Shown here: positions 10,863-20,179 of the stretch, one piece after another | How positions within the stretch are numbered: position 1 is the stretch's first letter | Layout of the letters: the number at the start of each line of letters is the position of its first letter | Assembly (NCBI GenBank): GCA_050506795.1 | Contig: JBJHCF010000004.1 | Span: 32,001 to 96,000 of the forward strand | Direction of reading: 5' to 3' | Origin: Opitutia bacterium | GTDB taxonomy: Bacteria; Verrucomicrobiota; Verrucomicrobiia; Opitutales; T3Sed10-336 | DNA length: 64,000 nt | Notes under the pieces: generated by a model | Told to the model about the DNA's origin: nothing | Databases searched by the model: none | What the model saw: only the letters and a program-made list of their open reading frames with translations | Translations under genes and position numbers: made by a program

Positions 10863-11459
10863 ATGGGTTCCGCTTTTGAAGATCTCCAGCGCGCGCTGAA
10901 ACAGTTGCCCGGATTGGGTTACCGTTCGGCGGAACGGCTGGCCCTGCACCTTTTGGTGGAGCGTCCCGAACGGTTGCCATTGTTGGTGGACGCTTTGCGC
11001 GGGGCTGCCGACGCCGTGCGCCGTTGTCAGGTGTGTGGCGGGCTGGCAGAGGAAGAATCCACCTGTGCCGTTTGCTCCGATCCTCGGCGTGACGCCACGG
11101 TCCTGTGCGTGGTGGAGCAGGTGCTCGATCAGATTGCGTTGGAGCGTTCCTCTGCCTACAACGGTTTATATCACGTGCTGCACGGAAAACTGTCGCCGAT
11201 ATCCGGAGTGGGGCCGGAGAATCTCAATATGGCGCCGCTGTTCTCCCGTCTCGCCCGGGGCGAGGTTCGGGAACTGGTGCTGGCCCTGCCCAATGATGTG
11301 GAGGGAGAGGCGACCTGCCACTACATTACGGAGCAACTTGAGGGTGACTCGATCGCCGTTTCCCGCATCGGCTTCGGTCTCCCCAGCGGCGGGGGCGTTT
11401 TTTACGCGGATCCCGTCACCTTGAAAAGCGCGCTGGAGAGTCGGAGGAGTTATTTCTGA
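10863..11459 (+). CDS. recR: recombination mediator RecR
   Basis: LPGLGYRSAERLA HhH, C4 zinc finger, TOPRIM LCVVE, VEGEAT. Confidence 0.96.
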   Translation: MGSAFEDLQRALKQLPGLGYRSAERLALHLLVERPERLPLLVDALRGAADAVRRCQVCGGLAEEESTCAVCSDPRRDATVLCVVEQVLDQIALERSSAYNGLYHVLHGKLSPISGVGPENLNMAPLFSRLARGEVRELVLALPNDVEGEATCHYITEQLEGDSIAVSRIGFGLPSGGGVFYADPVTLKSALESRRSYF

Positions 11460-11615
11460 TTTACTTTTTTTTGAACGGTTTAAGGCCTTTTATCATTGCC
11501 TGACGGCCGGAGTGTTTCAGGCTGGAAGGGGTGTTGACCGGTCGTGAATCTGTTCCGCGCGTGGCGCGAGCAGGCACGCGTTGCAGGTCTGTCTGAACCG
11601 AAACTGAATGAGACC

Positions 11616-12338
11616 ATGAATAAAAAACCGTTAGCTTTGCTTCTTGCTTCCATGCTGGGGGCCAGTGTCCTTCACGCCAATGATTTCAGCCTTTCCTCCG
11701 ATGTCTCGTTTGCTTCGGAAAAGGTTTTTCGGGGCGTCAAGGAAGCGGGTCCCACCATACTTCCGTCGGTCGAGGTTGTCTCCCTGGGTAATCCGGGAGG
11801 GGAATTCTACCTCGGCGCGCGCGCGGCCGCTCCCGCCCGCAGTGATTTCGAGAACGAGGTCAATGCTTACGCGGGTTTTGACGCCGAGCTCCAGCATAAT
11901 TTCTTTGTTGATGTCGGTGCGGTTTATTACCATTTCCCGCAGAAAAACGGGGGTCTGACCGATACCATCGAGCCCTACATCGGTTTGCGGCTCCAGGAAA
12001 TCGCGGATACCTGGCTTTCCGCCGGCGGGTATTTCTATTACGACATCGATAAGAGCTTCACGGTGGAAGGGTCTCTGCAGTACAGCCTTCCGTTCCAGGG
12101 AGGGATCCCCGCCACGCTCGACCTGGGCGCCTTTATCGGCTATACCGACGAAGACCGCCGGTTCGAGGAGGATCATGCCTATTACGGTCTCTACGCCGTG
12201 GTGCCGTACGAGTTCAACAGCGCGGCGACGTTCACCGTCGGAGCCCATTACGCGGCTCGCAACGGCCTCGATAATGCGCCCATCGAAAGCGACCGCGACT
12301 TCCTTTACTGGACCGCGGGACTCAAGGTTCGGTATTAA
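11616..12338 (+). CDS. outer-membrane beta-barrel, TorF/TIGR02001-like putative porin
   Basis: Signal peptide, SEKVFRG near N-terminus, amphipathic strands, terminal aromatic residue. Confidence 0.65.
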   Translation: MNKKPLALLLASMLGASVLHANDFSLSSDVSFASEKVFRGVKEAGPTILPSVEVVSLGNPGGEFYLGARAAAPARSDFENEVNAYAGFDAELQHNFFVDVGAVYYHFPQKNGGLTDTIEPYIGLRLQEIADTWLSAGGYFYYDIDKSFTVEGSLQYSLPFQGGIPATLDLGAFIGYTDEDRRFEEDHAYYGLYAVVPYEFNSAATFTVGAHYAARNGLDNAPIESDRDFLYWTAGLKVRY

Positions 12339-12398
12339 GAGCCGTCGGGCAACCTGTTGAGGCAGGTTTCCCGACCCGATATCAACGGGTTTTTCTTT

Positions 12399-12436
12399 GC
12401 CCGGGTTTGAACCTTTGGTTCAGCCCGGGCTTTTTT
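12399..12436. terminator. intrinsic terminator
   Basis: gcccggg-tgaacc/ggttca-cccgggc stem followed by T6, between convergent genes. Confidence 0.7.
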
Positions 12437-12451
12437 GCCGCGGAGTTCCTG

Positions 12452-14527
12452 TCACGCCAGGAATTCCTTGCGGTCCACCTGCAGATCGTGACAGGCGTGG
12501 ATGAACTCCGCCGCCGACCAGGCCTGGAAGGCTTTGCCCATGGGAATGCCGGTTTTTCCGTGCGCCCATTCGTTGAATTCCCATTCGTGGGCGATTCCCT
12601 GCTTGTTGAGCTCGGCCAGGCGGAGCAGTTCCTGATAAGCGAGATCGCGCAGGCCCAGTCGATTGATGAACCGCACCCATTGGGCTCCAATAAAAGGCCA
12701 GATCCCGCCATTGTGGTAGTGGTCGGGAAGATTGAGCAGGTTCACCGTGTAGTAGTTCTTCCAATCCGGGTCGCCTCCCGTGACCACCGGGTAGAGGTTG
12801 GCCACCGGCCACGGGTTGTTGACGCCGACTCCCCACATGAATCGAAAGGCGATCTTGGCGCGGTCGACGTCGAGAACGTTGTAGAGAAAAGCCAGGATGT
12901 TGCCGTAGACGTCGCAGCGCCAGTTGAAACCGAAGGGGGTTACTTCGGCCAGGAGATAACTGGTGTCTCCCAGGGAGAACTGCCGGTCGGCAAAGGTTTT
13001 GCTGGCCACTTCGGCTCCGTTGGTCGAAGGCCAGAACTTCCGCAAAATGGCTGACTTAATAGTCTGAGCCCAACGCAGGTAATCACCGGCACGGTCCAAC
13101 TCGCCCTGCCATTCGAGCAGGAGCCCGAAGGAGATATTGGCCTGGTACCAGAGGACCTCGTCGTATAGCACGTTGTAGCTGCGGCCGAACAGGTCGGTCC
13201 AGTCTCCGGCTTCCGGAATCTCCAGGAGGGCGTCGTTGTTCCCGTCGTGAGCGCTCAACCAGTTCATGGCCCGCTGAAGAGATTCGATGTGTGTGTCGAG
13301 AAACTCGTGGTCTTTGGTTACCCGGACGTACTCGTAGGCGGCGATGATCACCCAGATGCCGCTGTCGACCGAGCAGATTCCGCCGATTCCGGAGTAGTCG
13401 GGGACTTCGTCGCTCACCCGTACATTGGCGGGAATTTGTCCGCTCAGGGAAATGTGCCGGAGCAAGGTGTCCAGGGTGTTCCGCTGGCATGTGCGAACGT
13501 CGGGGTCCTTGAGCGAGAGCGTCCCGATGACCGTGATGGCGCCGTCCCGTCCCCAGACGCTGTGGTAATTCACGTCGGTGCCGCGGGCATCGTTGTCCGT
13601 GATCGAGCAGGCGGAAAAGCCCAGGGGGGTGATGTTCTTGCGGATGGCTGCAACCGCCTTTTCATAGGCCAGCCCGACAAAATCACGTTGTTCGGTGTTG
13701 AGTTCGCGAATCTGGCAGGGATCGAAAAGCTGGATGATTTCCGGTTCGAAATTCCCCTCGGTAATCACCTGACAGTCAACAATTTCAGGCTTTTCGATAA
13801 TGCCGAAATGCTTCATGCCGTCGAGAACGCCGTCGGCGTTAAACCCCTGGGCAAAATAAACGGAAGTTTCCACCGTGGCTTCATAGAGCTCCGGCTGGGC
13901 GTTCTCGACGATGATGCCGTTGATGCCCTTGATACGAAACATAGAGCTGTCGTTTCCGCTGTCACCTGCTACCAGGGCGTCGGACGGCTTGATTTTCAGG
14001 TGCCGGAGAAGCCAGCCGAGCGCCTTTCCTTTGCTGGCGGAGCGCGGAAGGATGGTGATATCGCGGGCGTTGGAATAGATGACCGTGACGTTCAGACCCG
14101 CTTCCTTGAGCTCTTTGCGAAACCGATCTATCTGTTCGCGTGAAGCATCATACAGTTGCCAAGTCGATTTGAACGGGTTCTGCACCGATTCGGGAGCTTG
14201 ATCCAGGTGATAGGTTTCCCGTGCGATCGTATTGATTTTCTTGCGATCCCATTCGGGGAGGAGGGTGTGTTCGAAACCCTCGATGAACGCCTTGGCGCGG
14301 TAGTCATAAATGGAGGTGCCCAAACCGCAGATCAGGTAATCGGGTTTGGGCAGGTTGGATTTTGGAATCAGTGCCAGCGCGTCCTTGGGTACCCGGCCCG
14401 TGTTGTAACAGAGTAGGGGCCGTGAATCCGCGGGAATTTTTTCCCAGGTGCATTTGAAGACGATGGTGGCGTCCGGCTTGCCGAGAAGCGTTCCATCGAG
14501 ATCGGATGAGAAGAGACGGATGGCCAT
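12452..14527 (-). CDS. HAD-IIB sugar-phosphate phosphatase (MfppA/SPP-like) fused to an (alpha/alpha)6 glycoside hydrolase (GH100/invertase-like)
   Basis: N-terminal SDLDGT, YNTGR, SKGKAL, AGDSGND; C-terminal YHSVWGRDG, DWTD, YHNGGIWPF, FNEW, QAWSAA. Confidence 0.8.
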   Translation of the reverse strand: MAIRLFSSDLDGTLLGKPDATIVFKCTWEKIPADSRPLLCYNTGRVPKDALALIPKSNLPKPDYLICGLGTSIYDYRAKAFIEGFEHTLLPEWDRKKINTIARETYHLDQAPESVQNPFKSTWQLYDASREQIDRFRKELKEAGLNVTVIYSNARDITILPRSASKGKALGWLLRHLKIKPSDALVAGDSGNDSSMFRIKGINGIIVENAQPELYEATVETSVYFAQGFNADGVLDGMKHFGIIEKPEIVDCQVITEGNFEPEIIQLFDPCQIRELNTEQRDFVGLAYEKAVAAIRKNITPLGFSACSITDNDARGTDVNYHSVWGRDGAITVIGTLSLKDPDVRTCQRNTLDTLLRHISLSGQIPANVRVSDEVPDYSGIGGICSVDSGIWVIIAAYEYVRVTKDHEFLDTHIESLQRAMNWLSAHDGNNDALLEIPEAGDWTDLFGRSYNVLYDEVLWYQANISFGLLLEWQGELDRAGDYLRWAQTIKSAILRKFWPSTNGAEVASKTFADRQFSLGDTSYLLAEVTPFGFNWRCDVYGNILAFLYNVLDVDRAKIAFRFMWGVGVNNPWPVANLYPVVTGGDPDWKNYYTVNLLNLPDHYHNGGIWPFIGAQWVRFINRLGLRDLAYQELLRLAELNKQGIAHEWEFNEWAHGKTGIPMGKAFQAWSAAEFIHACHDLQVDRKEFLA

Positions 14528-14581
14528 CTTGGAAATCGTTATTCGTTGACTGAAAGGTATTGCATTTCGACCGATCTGGGT

Positions 14582-15928
14582 TCAGCTCTCCTCCTGCCAA
14601 AGGTCCCGGTAGGAGCGCCGGGTGATGTTGAAGCTGGCCGATTCCCGACCTTCAACCGCTTTCAGCAGTTGTTGCGCGATTCCGGTCCAGGTGAAGAGGC
14701 TGCGAACCCGGTGAGAGCCGTTCCGGCTCAGACGGGAACGCAATGCCGGGTAGCGAATCGGCTTGAGAAGGGTGATTCCGAAGTCCTCTTTGTCGAAGGA
14801 ATCGGCGTACAGGGCATGCTCTCCGTAGGCCACCGCGCGGAAAAGTCCGCCGTGGACGGTGATCACCGTCGGCGTACCCGAGGCCATGGCTTCAATGGCG
14901 GTCATGCCGAAAGGCTCGTACCGGCTCGGCAGGGCGAAGACATCCGCGGCGCGGTAGAAGTCGGGCAAATCCTCGTCCGAAACCGAACCGGTGATGGAAA
15001 CCCGATTGGTCAGTCCGTAATCCTTGATCTTTTGTTTCAGTTCCTTGAGGAGGGCCGGAGGTTGATCGGGGTTTTCAACCCCGACGGCCAGGCGCAGGTG
15101 CGCTTCGTCGTTGCGTGAAGCCACCACGGAGAAGGCGTCGATCAGAAGGTCGAACCCCTTGTTCTCCGCCAGCCGTCCGACGCAGGCGATTGTTTTCGGC
15201 TTGAACCCCAGGCGTTCCTGGGCCGCTTTGCGGGTCGGTTCGCTCACCGGGAAGAAGCGATTGTCGTCATACCCGGGGGGGATCATGCGGATGTCCTCGG
15301 CCGGGACATGGTAGTCCGATATCAGCAGATCGTATTGCGGCGGAGTGGTGGCTATCAGGAGATCCGCCTCTTTGTAGAGTGTACTTTCGTGATGAATACG
15401 TCGGGCGAAGTTATACTTCTCCTCAAAAGTCTCCTTTTCATCGGGATGATCCGTTTCCATCTGGCGTTGCTTCCAGGTGCCGATGGAGTGAGGGGTGTGG
15501 ACATGAGGAATGTCGAGATCCTCGGCCAGGTGCTGACCGGCCAGACCGGCATCCCAGTAATGGCTGTTGATGAACTGGTAATCCAGCTTGTGGCGCTTGA
15601 TATAACGCAGGGCGTTCTCGGTCCACTCCGGCAGTTTGCGGTAGAGGTATTCCTTGGGGATGAAATCCGCCCCACCGCAGGCGGCACGAACCACTCGAAC
15701 GTCTTCATTGATTTCGTCGATTTCGGGCTGGTCCTCAAATCGGCGGGTCCAGATATCAACCTTGTATCCGAGCTGGGCGAGTTTTTTGGAGAGCTCGATG
15801 ACATACACCACCTGACCGCCCGTATCCGGCGCCCCAAGCGGTGGATGGGCGGCCACGTAACCATGGGTAGACACCATGGCGATGCGTTGTTTAACCGATT
15901 CTGTTCTGCGACGTTTTTTTTCTGGCAT
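14582..15928 (-). CDS. mfpsA: GT4 glycosyltransferase, mannosylfructose-phosphate synthase / sucrose-phosphate synthase family
   Basis: STHGYVAAHPPLGAPDTGGQVVYV, NSHYWDAG, HTPHS, SRYEPFGMTAIEAMASG; closely follows Agrobacterium MfpsA as recalled. Confidence 0.78.
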   Translation of the reverse strand: MPEKKRRRTESVKQRIAMVSTHGYVAAHPPLGAPDTGGQVVYVIELSKKLAQLGYKVDIWTRRFEDQPEIDEINEDVRVVRAACGGADFIPKEYLYRKLPEWTENALRYIKRHKLDYQFINSHYWDAGLAGQHLAEDLDIPHVHTPHSIGTWKQRQMETDHPDEKETFEEKYNFARRIHHESTLYKEADLLIATTPPQYDLLISDYHVPAEDIRMIPPGYDDNRFFPVSEPTRKAAQERLGFKPKTIACVGRLAENKGFDLLIDAFSVVASRNDEAHLRLAVGVENPDQPPALLKELKQKIKDYGLTNRVSITGSVSDEDLPDFYRAADVFALPSRYEPFGMTAIEAMASGTPTVITVHGGLFRAVAYGEHALYADSFDKEDFGITLLKPIRYPALRSRLSRNGSHRVRSLFTWTGIAQQLLKAVEGRESASFNITRRSYRDLWQEES

Positions 15929-15961
15929 GGCGATTTTCAGTTTTGATCAGTTGAATCTTTC

Positions 15962-16618
15962 TCAGGAGTGATCCGATGCGGACGACTCCGCGCCCAAGCT
16001 ATCGGGATCGATACGCTGTTCCGGCGCTTCTTTGCGCAGGCTTTCATGCAGCGCCTCGGCGCCTTCCCCTCGAGTGCGCCGGAGGACCCGCTGAAAGATG
16101 ATATTGTTGGGAATCTGGAGGACGGCGTTATCGCTTTCCTGCAGGGTGGTGAACATCATTCCCAGGTGCAGCACCTTGCCTTTGGTCGGTTCGCCCACAA
16201 ATTCGATTCGATCCCCGATTTCGAATGGCCGGAATATCAGGATGAGCAGGGTGGCCGACAGGTTGCTGAGCATGCTCCAGACCGCGACAAAGCCGATCGC
16301 GATCATGGCCAGCACGGTCGAAATCAACGCCCAGATGCCGCCGATTTGAACCCCGAAGTTGTGCAGGACCAGAAGCAGAGCCAGCACGAAGACACCCCAT
16401 TTCACGAGGGCGCGCAAAGGGAGAATCAGGAATCCGGGAACCTTTCCTTTGCTTTGCAGGCGGTCCACTCCGCGCGAGAGGACGGCGGAGAGCGCCATTA
16501 CCACGGCGACGATTACCCCGGCGTAAACGAGTTGGAGCCAGAACCCGCCTCCTCCTTCAGCCGCGCCGGCGGCGGTTGCGATTCCCGGTACGATCAACGT
16601 TGGAAGTAGCCCGTTCAT
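15962..16618 (-). CDS. small-conductance mechanosensitive channel (MscS family)
   Basis: Three TMs followed by FRPFEIGDRIE and IPNN. Confidence 0.85.
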   Translation of the reverse strand: MNGLLPTLIVPGIATAAGAAEGGGGFWLQLVYAGVIVAVVMALSAVLSRGVDRLQSKGKVPGFLILPLRALVKWGVFVLALLLVLHNFGVQIGGIWALISTVLAMIAIGFVAVWSMLSNLSATLLILIFRPFEIGDRIEFVGEPTKGKVLHLGMMFTTLQESDNAVLQIPNNIIFQRVLRRTRGEGAEALHESLRKEAPEQRIDPDSLGAESSASDHS

Positions 16619-16789
16619 ACGTCACATTGTATCCCTTTGGGGTCGGGGATTGGCAAACGCTAAATCCATTTCCCTGACCGTCCCCCGGGTTCCGGGGTGC
16701 TGGAACGCCCTCGACAGGCCTTTTCCATAAAAAAGCCAATTCGGTCTTGAATTTCAAGCCGAGTACACCTTAACTGAGGGTTCGGTATT

Positions 16790-16882
16790 GGAGAGATGGC
16801 TGAGTGGCCGAAAGCAGTGGTTTGCTAAACCGCCGTACCGCCAAAAGCGGTACCGAGGGTTCGAATCCCTCTCTCTCCGCCA
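16790..16882 (+). tRNA. tRNA-Ser(GCT)
   Basis: GGAGAGA/TCTCTCC acceptor stem, anticodon arm gtggt-ttGCTaa-accgc, long variable arm, GGTTCGAATCC T-loop, encoded CCA. Confidence 0.97.
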
Positions 16883-16884
16883 TT
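16857..16884 (+). repeat. attL core, gggttcgaatccctctctctccgccatt
   Basis: Identical to 48885-48912. Confidence 0.95.
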
Positions 16885-16941
16885 TGTGATGGGCTTTTGC
16901 CTTAGATTTGCCAAAATGGAATGGCAAATCTGAGAAAAACC

Positions 16942-18282
16942 ATGGCAAAACCTAAGTTCAAGATCACCCCGTTCACCAACCCCAGCGGCCAGCGCGTTTA
17001 CCGTCTGTCTGGCACGCTCAACGGCAAGAGGATCCGTGAGAATTATCCGACTCGCCCCGAAGCCGTTGCAAAGCGTCAGGAATATGAGGTCGAGTGGCTC
17101 AACGACCATCCCGAGGGCCGCACGATCTGGACCACCTTGACTCCTGAGGAGAATCGCGACGCGGTCACCGCAATGAATTCCCTCAAGATGAATGGCGCTC
17201 CCTACTCGCTCAGCTTCGCCGTCAGTTACTGCCTGGAGAACTACCGGCCGCCGGAACAGGAGAAATCGATCAGCGAGGCAGCGGACGAGTATGTCAAGAA
17301 GCGGGACCGCGACTGCGTTCGCGAATTCATCTCCCAGGCGCAATTTCGCTCGATCAAATCCGAGATGCTTTGGCTCAAGAGCAAGTTCGGGAGCACGCCG
17401 GTTTCGGCCATCACCGTGGAAAAATTCCGCGACTACCTCGAAACTCCGCGCAACCGGCCGCGCAGCCGTCTCGTGAAAAAGGAGGTCACCGCTCCCAAGA
17501 CCTGGAACAACCGTCGGGGCCTTCTCTCGACCTTCTGTCTGTTCTGCGTCGAGCGCGGTTACCTCGCGCAAAATACGATCGCGAAGGTTCCCCAATTCAA
17601 GATCAACGGTCGCAAGTCCATGGCGAAAACGCTAACCGTCGATCAGGTCAACGAGCTGATGGAATACCTCGAAGCCTATGACGGGTCACCTATCCGCCGC
17701 CTCAAGGAGCCCCAGCCCGCCGGCTTCCTGGTTCCCTTCTTTGCTCTCGCTCTCTTCGCCGGCATTCGTCCGGATGCGCTCTACGGCGAAATGGGTAAGC
17801 TCCAGCCGGAAGACATCGACCTGAACATGGGCGTTGTCCGGGTTCGGCCCGAAGTCTCGAAGACCAACGAAATGCGCGTGGTGGCCATTCAGCCAAATCT
17901 TCGGCTGTGGTTGGAGAAATATCCGGTGGAAAAGTTTCCGCTTCTCCCGGGAAAGAACATCGTTCGCATCCTCTCCGAGGTCCGCCAGGAACACAAGATC
18001 GGCCATGACGTTCTCCGGCACACTTACATTTCGATGCTGGTCGGCGCTTTTCGTTCGGTCGGCGACGCCGCGCTCCAAGCAGGCAATTCCGAGGCGGTGA
18101 TTCGCAAGCACTACCTCGATTTGAAGTCGGTGGAGGAGGCCGATCAGTTTTGGCAGATCATTCCTGCCGGGACTGAGCTTCCCAAGAACTTCAAGAAAAA
18201 GGACGGTCGATACGCCTTTTTCAACAAACCGGAGAAGGACTCCGAAGGCGCAGAAGAAGCTGAAGAGCTGGCGTCGGTCTAG
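16942..18282 (+). CDS. tyrosine recombinase/integrase
   Basis: FAGIRP (R), SKT (K), HDVLRH, AGNS, KHY (Y); alternative ATG at 16921. Confidence 0.93.
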   Translation: MAKPKFKITPFTNPSGQRVYRLSGTLNGKRIRENYPTRPEAVAKRQEYEVEWLNDHPEGRTIWTTLTPEENRDAVTAMNSLKMNGAPYSLSFAVSYCLENYRPPEQEKSISEAADEYVKKRDRDCVREFISQAQFRSIKSEMLWLKSKFGSTPVSAITVEKFRDYLETPRNRPRSRLVKKEVTAPKTWNNRRGLLSTFCLFCVERGYLAQNTIAKVPQFKINGRKSMAKTLTVDQVNELMEYLEAYDGSPIRRLKEPQPAGFLVPFFALALFAGIRPDALYGEMGKLQPEDIDLNMGVVRVRPEVSKTNEMRVVAIQPNLRLWLEKYPVEKFPLLPGKNIVRILSEVRQEHKIGHDVLRHTYISMLVGAFRSVGDAALQAGNSEAVIRKHYLDLKSVEEADQFWQIIPAGTELPKNFKKKDGRYAFFNKPEKDSEGAEEAEELASV

Positions 18283-18290
18283 GGATACAA

Positions 18291-18317
18291 GAGGGGCCGG
18301 TCATGCGCCGGCCTCTC
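18291..18317. terminator. hairpin between convergent integrase and late operon
   Basis: gaggggccgg/ccggcctctc stem. Confidence 0.5.
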
Positions 18318-18321
18318 GCTC

Positions 18322-18492
18322 CTACTTATCCAGCTCCTTCCTGATTCGAATGATGAGGTAAACGATCGTGGTGAGGCCTACGGCGATGCCGACGACCAGG
18401 TGAATGCGGTCGAGCATGACCGTTCCGACGGTGCCGAAGGCGCCGATCCAGACGGGGCGGTCGTGGAGGAGAAAGGCGAGTGCTTCTTTCAT
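18322..18492 (-). CDS. small membrane protein, holin-like
   Basis: 56 aa (MKEALAF...IIRIRKELDK), hydrophobic segments with a charged C-tail; ATGA overlap with upstream gene. Confidence 0.55.
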   Translation of the reverse strand: MKEALAFLLHDRPVWIGAFGTVGTVMLDRIHLVVGIAVGLTTIVYLIIRIRKELDK

Positions 18493-18983
18493 GCGGTCGA
18501 CGTCGAGGGCGTTGGCTGAAAGAGTCCGATCCGGTAACCCCAGTAGAGGAAACCGGCTCCGGCGATGAGGATGAGGGCAACCGCCGGGAACCAGGTCTGG
18601 CCGAAGATCTGCGCGAGGATCGCCATGAGGATGCCGCCGAGGGCGAGCGTAAGGCCGGTTCGAAAGTGCCAGCCGGTGAGAAGGAGACCGCCGATCAGGG
18701 AGAGGCCGCCGAGGATTGTCCAAAGCGACAAGCCAGCAACCGAGGGAACCGCAACGGCGCGACTCTGGCCGGTGGATGTCGTGATTTCGATTTGGTCCCC
18801 TTTCCGTCGAAGCGTGACATGGGCGGGCGTCTCGGGATTGGCGGGCTGGAGCGTGGCCACGGTGGCCGCTGGAAGGCCGTTTGCATCGTGCAGAGTGACG
18901 GTGGCATGGCCTGGCGGCGTGGGCGCGGTCATGCAGCCGCTGAGGGTGGCGGCGAGGAGGAGGAAAAGGAACGCCGGTTTCAT
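18489..18983 (-). CDS. lipoprotein-signal membrane protein
   Basis: LSG-C lipobox; about three C-terminal TM helices. Confidence 0.6.
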   Translation of the reverse strand: MKPAFLFLLLAATLSGCMTAPTPPGHATVTLHDANGLPAATVATLQPANPETPAHVTLRRKGDQIEITTSTGQSRAVAVPSVAGLSLWTILGGLSLIGGLLLTGWHFRTGLTLALGGILMAILAQIFGQTWFPAVALILIAGAGFLYWGYRIGLFQPTPSTSTA

Positions 18984-19071
18984 GCAACCAGCGTGGAGGT
19001 CGCCAGTTCCCCGGGCGAGCCGGAGAATTAGCTAAAATTGTGCATTTTTAACTACTGCGGCCCAAATGGAT

Positions 19072-19947
19072 TCAGAGTTCGTCAAGGGATTGCCTAAGGT
19101 GGCCCAATGTCTCAACTAGGCTTTCAATGCGGTTAAGATCTCGTTCCGAGAACCGCGCATCGTAGAGGGAATTACCGTCTGCCCCATCAATCCGAGTAAC
19201 CTCAACGGTTAAAACCAAATCGTCGCGATCCCGCGGAGCACTTGCCCACGGTCCGAACATGTTGGGTGAGAGCCTCCAATTGGCTGACTCGCCCGGTTCA
19301 AGTCCTCCCCGAATTGAGTAGTTAAAGGACTCGTCGACCCAAGGCACCGCTCTGCCTGGGGTGGCCAAGACCCCTTGGAAATATGCGCGAGAGATTGCAT
19401 GGCTTGTCTCATTCCGGACCGATAGCTCGATTACAGGATCACGAGTGAAGCCTGTCTCGCTGAATGAAAACCGAGCACTCTCGACAACAAAAGCACGTAA
19501 GCTCTGGCGATCGGACTCGGCTTTTTGCTTCTTCTCCTCCAATTGCTCAAGTTCATTGCGAATATCCTCAATCCTGCGCATGAGGCCCTCACGCTCACGC
19601 TGACGCCTTTCCTCAGCCCGCTGACGTTCGCGTTCGCGCTCTTCTTCGAGGATTCGTTCTCCGGCGGCTAAAATTTCGTCTACTGTTTTCCCGTCGAGGC
19701 GCTCACGCATCCGCTGCTCGGCTGACTCGGGGTTCGCGGCCAAGGAGAAGAGGTTCTCACCTTCAAAAGCAATTGCCAAGAGAGCTGCATCAAACTTCTC
19801 CTGCTCTTCCTCCGAAAGCGAGGCCTTAGCGCGTTCGAGGGAACGTTCCATTGCTGCCTCCGAAGAACCGTCGATGCGGCGAGAGTCACCGCACGCGGTT
19901 AACAGGCATAGTGAAATGAGGGGGCCAAGAAACAAAAGGATTCTCAT
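19072..19947 (-). CDS. lipoprotein, DUF6694-like (probable moron)
   Basis: LTA-C lipobox, IDGSSE motif, coiled coil, beta-rich C-domain; visibly more AT-rich than neighbours. Confidence 0.65.
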   Translation of the reverse strand: MRILLFLGPLISLCLLTACGDSRRIDGSSEAAMERSLERAKASLSEEEQEKFDAALLAIAFEGENLFSLAANPESAEQRMRERLDGKTVDEILAAGERILEEERERERQRAEERRQREREGLMRRIEDIRNELEQLEEKKQKAESDRQSLRAFVVESARFSFSETGFTRDPVIELSVRNETSHAISRAYFQGVLATPGRAVPWVDESFNYSIRGGLEPGESANWRLSPNMFGPWASAPRDRDDLVLTVEVTRIDGADGNSLYDARFSERDLNRIESLVETLGHLRQSLDEL

Positions 19948-20179
19948 CAGATGTTTGGATTCTGGTTAAGGGACCTACCATGCTCTCCGGATGACCGTCA
20001 AAGGAAAAGGGATCCATCAAGCTGGGGCGGCATCGCCGGGGCGGAGCCCTGGGAGATAGGAGGCGGAGCCGTGTCTCTGCGACCGGGGCCGATCGTCCTC
20101 GCCCGAATGCCGATGAGACCTTTGGCAGAAATCGCGCTGCCATGTTTCACCCCTTAGAAGCAAATTGCGGCTGTAAGGA

